In this document: positions 60,481 through 64,000 of the stretch, one piece after another
How the letters are laid out: each line of letters starts with the position of its first letter
Position numbering within the stretch: position 1 is the first letter of the stretch
Source of the DNA: Tubulanus polymorphus
Taxonomy: Eukaryota; Animalia; Nemertea
DNA length: 64,000 nucleotides
Direction: 5' to 3'
NCBI RefSeq assembly: GCF_964204645.1
Contig: NC_134032.1
Span: 13,752,275-13,816,274 of the forward strand
Notes under the pieces: generated by a model
Told to the model about the DNA's origin: nothing
The model's database searches: none
The model's input: the letters and a program-made list of their open reading frames with translations, nothing else
Made by a program: the position numbers and the translations under genes

Positions 60481-60822
60481 GTATGCAACGAATCAAATTA
60501 AAATTTTCTCTAAGTTGCTGAGTTTTCTTTCCAAGTATTTGCAGTAGTTTTATGTAAATCAAAAAACGATAAGAAACATTTAGTCAATCCCCTTCATTTA
60601 GAACAAAATATTTCATTCAATTGTAGGATTCGAACCCATTCGACTATCAAATTTCGGATGGGTACTATTAGTTACCACACCCCACAGACTGACCGCCCGA
60701 ACATCGATCGGGGTCGAATCCTGCATTTTGTATTGAAAAAATGACCTAAATTTACATTGTTGTACAATTTCATTTGATTCCCGGGATAAGTTTTGTGTAT
60801 GATTTGTTTTATATGTATCTAG

Positions 60823-60948
60823 TGGAAACCAGGTCGCAATGTATCCAGATACGACGCTTACATGAAAATCAGAAAATCCATGGAAGAAAATCCGCCGAAA
60901 TTTAATAAATCGGCAAACCGTCCAGCATCTTATCATTCTCCTGCCAAG
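60823..60948 (+). CDS. SCRIB: Candidate scribble exon (WKPGRNVSRYDAYMKIRKSMEENPPKFNKSANRPASYHSPAK)
   Basis: TAG acceptor, AAG|GTAAGT donor, 126 nt, open in phase 0. Confidence 0.7.
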
Positions 60949-63301
60949 GTAAGTGGGTAGGCAGTATCATCAGGGGGCGCGTGGGGTTTGAGATAAGCTC
61001 GGGCGCTTCTGGGGTGTGTGGAGCCCCATTATCCAGAAATTGCATATAAAAAACAAATCGATCAAACAAAATGCGCATTAATCACCTAATTACCATACAA
61101 TCAACGGTTTCCTTTGTTACGATTAGAAAAGAATTATTCGAATGCGAAGATTTAAATCAAACGGTCCCCCTTTGGTAAAGTTGACGATTCGAAACTAAAT
61201 CGCCTGATAAAGAGTTTTATTTATTACAATTGTCAGCTGGGATTTTCTATCTGAAATTGAAACAATCTTTCCGAAATAATGGCCAATCATCGTTTATGAC
61301 AACGACGTTAAAAATGAGCTGAGTTTTTGATAACGATCTGGTGAAGTCGTGTCGTGATTTAACTGTGACACTGTAAACATGTTTTTACATTGTTACTGAT
61401 GACGTATCACATTGCGCTAGCTATCACCCCCCATCCTGTAACTGACAATAGACTGTTCCCGGCCGCTGCTGCTGATGCTGTGACGACAAGTAATCTATGC
61501 GACAGACAGGCATCTACATCTTCCTAATACACAAACTGACCGTCGTCAAGGTCACCGTTTCTGTTCATATCGGGATTTACTGCGGCGGATTAAGGCGGAT
61601 TATCTCCAGTTCAGTCCCACATAATTTTCTTCTCGGTGATTTTAAAATCAACACCAGCTTTATGGTAAGAAACAAAAAATCGATATTGTAATTAATCAAA
61701 AACGTAAATCAGGGGTTTATTTTTAGAAGCATTTTACGAGATTTAAACTAGATTTACTATACGGCCGGCTTAGCGATGAGTAACAACGTTTTATCCTATT
61801 TCGAAATTGTCTTCCGAATATCATGTTCGAAATTATATCTAAATCTATACCAATATATTGTTCCTATTTTCGCATTGAAGGTTCTATGGGAGGGGATGTT
61901 GTGGATCCAATTTGGATTCTAGTTCCAATTAGCTGGATAAGATTTGAAGGGTGAATTTATAGTAGAAAGATATATTTTGGAGGTTGATTGGAATCTATAT
62001 ATATATATATAATCATATTGGAAAAATGATAGATCAATATTATACCTCTTCAAACTGATTAGAACTCCCAGTTAGTACGGCTCCATATTCACACAGCTCA
62101 GCGGAGGAGCTGAAGTGATACCTGCAGCAAATCAGTACTGAGTGGAATAGCGCGTACCGTACCGTACATCTATCCCTGTCTCATCAACAGAAAGGGGAAC
62201 GTGGAAGTGGAATCGATGTGGATTTACAACATAATTGGTTGAAATCGTGATCATTTATTCAACGTTGAAACAAAAATGTTGAATTCATGTTAGTTTTTCA
62301 TCTAATCATATACAACCTTAATTTTACTATACAAACATTGAGTTTTAACATAATTTCAATGTCGTTAAAACCGTTCCTTCTCACTTGGAGGAAGGCAAAA
62401 TAATATGCCCTCTCCACCGAGCATTTACGGAATGACTATTGGGTCAGAACGATTTACGAAAACCCCTATCCTCTGAGCAGAAAATTAGAAAAAGCCAAAC
62501 TCCCTTAGTCTGATTATACCACAACACGATGTCTGAGCAGTTTTACAGAATATACTGTCGCGTCAGAAGCCGTTATTATTAGAAGGGCTTTGTGTAACCA
62601 TCTCTGGGTGTTGATACAGCACGGCTTAGCTCTTCACTCCATCCATCAACTTCAATAAGACAGTTAAATCTTTCTACAATTGTCATTGCATCTTTGAAGG
62701 AAAATGAATATATTTCATATATCTTTATTGATAAAATCCTAATTGTCACACAAAGTCGGAGGAAATTACGTTCAGAATGACAGACGACCCACAGAACGAA
62801 GTCTGTCCCCTGGCTGTCTCGTGTAGCCACCTACGAATCCTATATGTCTCGCTATCGGAGGAAAAACTGTGATTGAAACCCTTAAAACGTGGATAGATTC
62901 GTTTGACGATGAAACCGGTGTTTAATTGATGCACTCGAGAAGCTTCTGTCGTCTGAATATCAGACGATCTTATTCGAGTTACTGCGCCGAGACATCTCCT
63001 TCCGCCGCCTACTCAAACATCGTTATATGTGCCAGTTCAATAAAGCTATCCTTCTTACTCTCTCTACTCTTTCCCTCTCTCTCTCCCCGTTTTCTCCCTC
63101 TCTCTCCATCTCTCTCTCTCTCCACTCTCGCCCCTCAATCTCTCCACTCTCACTATCCCCCTCAATCTCTCCACTCTGTTCTCACTCTCCATCTCTCACT
63201 CTCTCTCCAGCCTCTCACTCTCTCCATATATCCACTCTCACTCGCTCTCTCTCACTCTCTCCAGGGATCAGTAGTAATCCAGTGTTGTATCATTATCTTA
63301 G

Positions 63302-63547
63302 ATATCTACATTTTGTGCGGCTTACTTGCCACAAATGGATGAAACATCGATTCCAACTGCAGACGATTCCAGTAGACATGGGAGTCTGCAGACAACAAAC
63401 ACATCAGATTTATTTGAGCAGTGGGCGGGGTGTAGTCTGTTGGGATCTCGACAGGATCTCCGGGGGTCGGGAGAGAAACAACCGGTTCAGTCCGGTCGAG
63501 ACCTCAGCCAGACCCCGGACGAGCTTAAACCAGTGACTCGTCTCTGA
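63302..63547 (+). CDS. SCRIB: Candidate alternative terminal exon of scribble ending -ELKPVTRL*
   Basis: The open frame begins exactly after CTTAG (63297-63301) in phase 0 and runs 81 codons to TGA. Confidence 0.4.
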   Translation: MSTFCAAYLPQMDETSIPTADDSSRHGSLQTTNTSDLFEQWAGCSLLGSRQDLRGSGEKQPVQSGRDLSQTPDELKPVTRL

Positions 63548-64000
63548 TAACTAGGACGTATAGTAAACCTAGTCCGATTCGGTTAATTAGTCATAGTTTA
63601 ACCGGAGCATCGAGTCCCCGGAGTCTCAAGTCATTAAACACGCGGAGTTAAATACATTATGAGTCACTGAGTCGTATAGACACAGTCTCGAGATCTCTCT
63701 CTCTCCCCACGCATACACTGTGTGTTACGCAGTAACATCGTGACATCTGTTTGAATTTCATCCGTCGCGTTTACATTATTACATTATTCATTTTCGTGTC
63801 ATAATTGCACACTGTGGCTCCAGAAGGGGTGTTGGGGTTACTCTCAACTGTAATCTGGATGCGGATCCGGGGCCAGTAGGGCGCGGACCCAGTATAGCTG
63901 TTGCCGTAACCGTAAGATCGTCGGAGTGGGGTGGGCCGCGGATTGTAAGGGATTCCAAATCTCTTATACCAAAAAGGTCAATCCCTACTCCTATCACACA

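Noticed and set aside
60626-60636. Perfect B box GGTTCGAATCC on the - strand suggesting a tRNA
   Set aside because: No A box or cloverleaf around it; it overlaps a possible scribble acceptor. At most an isolated TFIIIC site.
62784-62876. Possible terminal exon (TTHRTKSVPWLSRVATYESYMSRYRRKNCD*) faintly like exon 60823
   Set aside because: The acceptor lacks a pyrimidine tract and the similarity (VxxYxxYM) is too short to support.

Overview
This is intron-rich animal genomic DNA (bilaterian invertebrate by gene structure; exact taxon not determinable). It is not prokaryotic and has no CRISPR array. Three spliced genes can be reconstructed by hand from GT-AG boundaries and frame continuity. (1) KDM1B/LSD2 histone demethylase: + strand, 15 exons, 550-10381, 5' end outside the window. 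(2) An ARHGAP18/28/40 (Conundrum)-family RhoGAP: - strand, 15 exons, 20519-14177. (3) scribble (LRR + 4 PDZ): + strand, from ATG 21511, probably running past the window end, head-to-head with the RhoGAP. Introns are packed with MITEs (Merlin-, Harbinger-, piggyBac-, Tigger-, hAT- and Kolobok-like), a tRNA-derived SINE and many minisatellites; the very long ORFs at 41.5-44.3 kb are artefacts of a 25-bp satellite. The most interesting signals are regulatory. CTCF-consensus motifs sit repeatedly just inside introns next to exons of all three genes. Scribble has a probable internal promoter giving a short PDZ2-4 isoform that starts MSWCCF (di-Cys palmitoylation-like), an 18-nt microexon candidate in PDZ2, a cluster of phase-0 cassette exons rich in RBFOX motifs, and a candidate terminal exon ending in a class I PDZ ligand (-VTRL). 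Several tandem repeats multiply real splice sites. Between the two convergent genes lies an orphan tRNA-Tyr 5' exon followed by a T4 run and a B-box array. All of these are hypotheses from sequence only.
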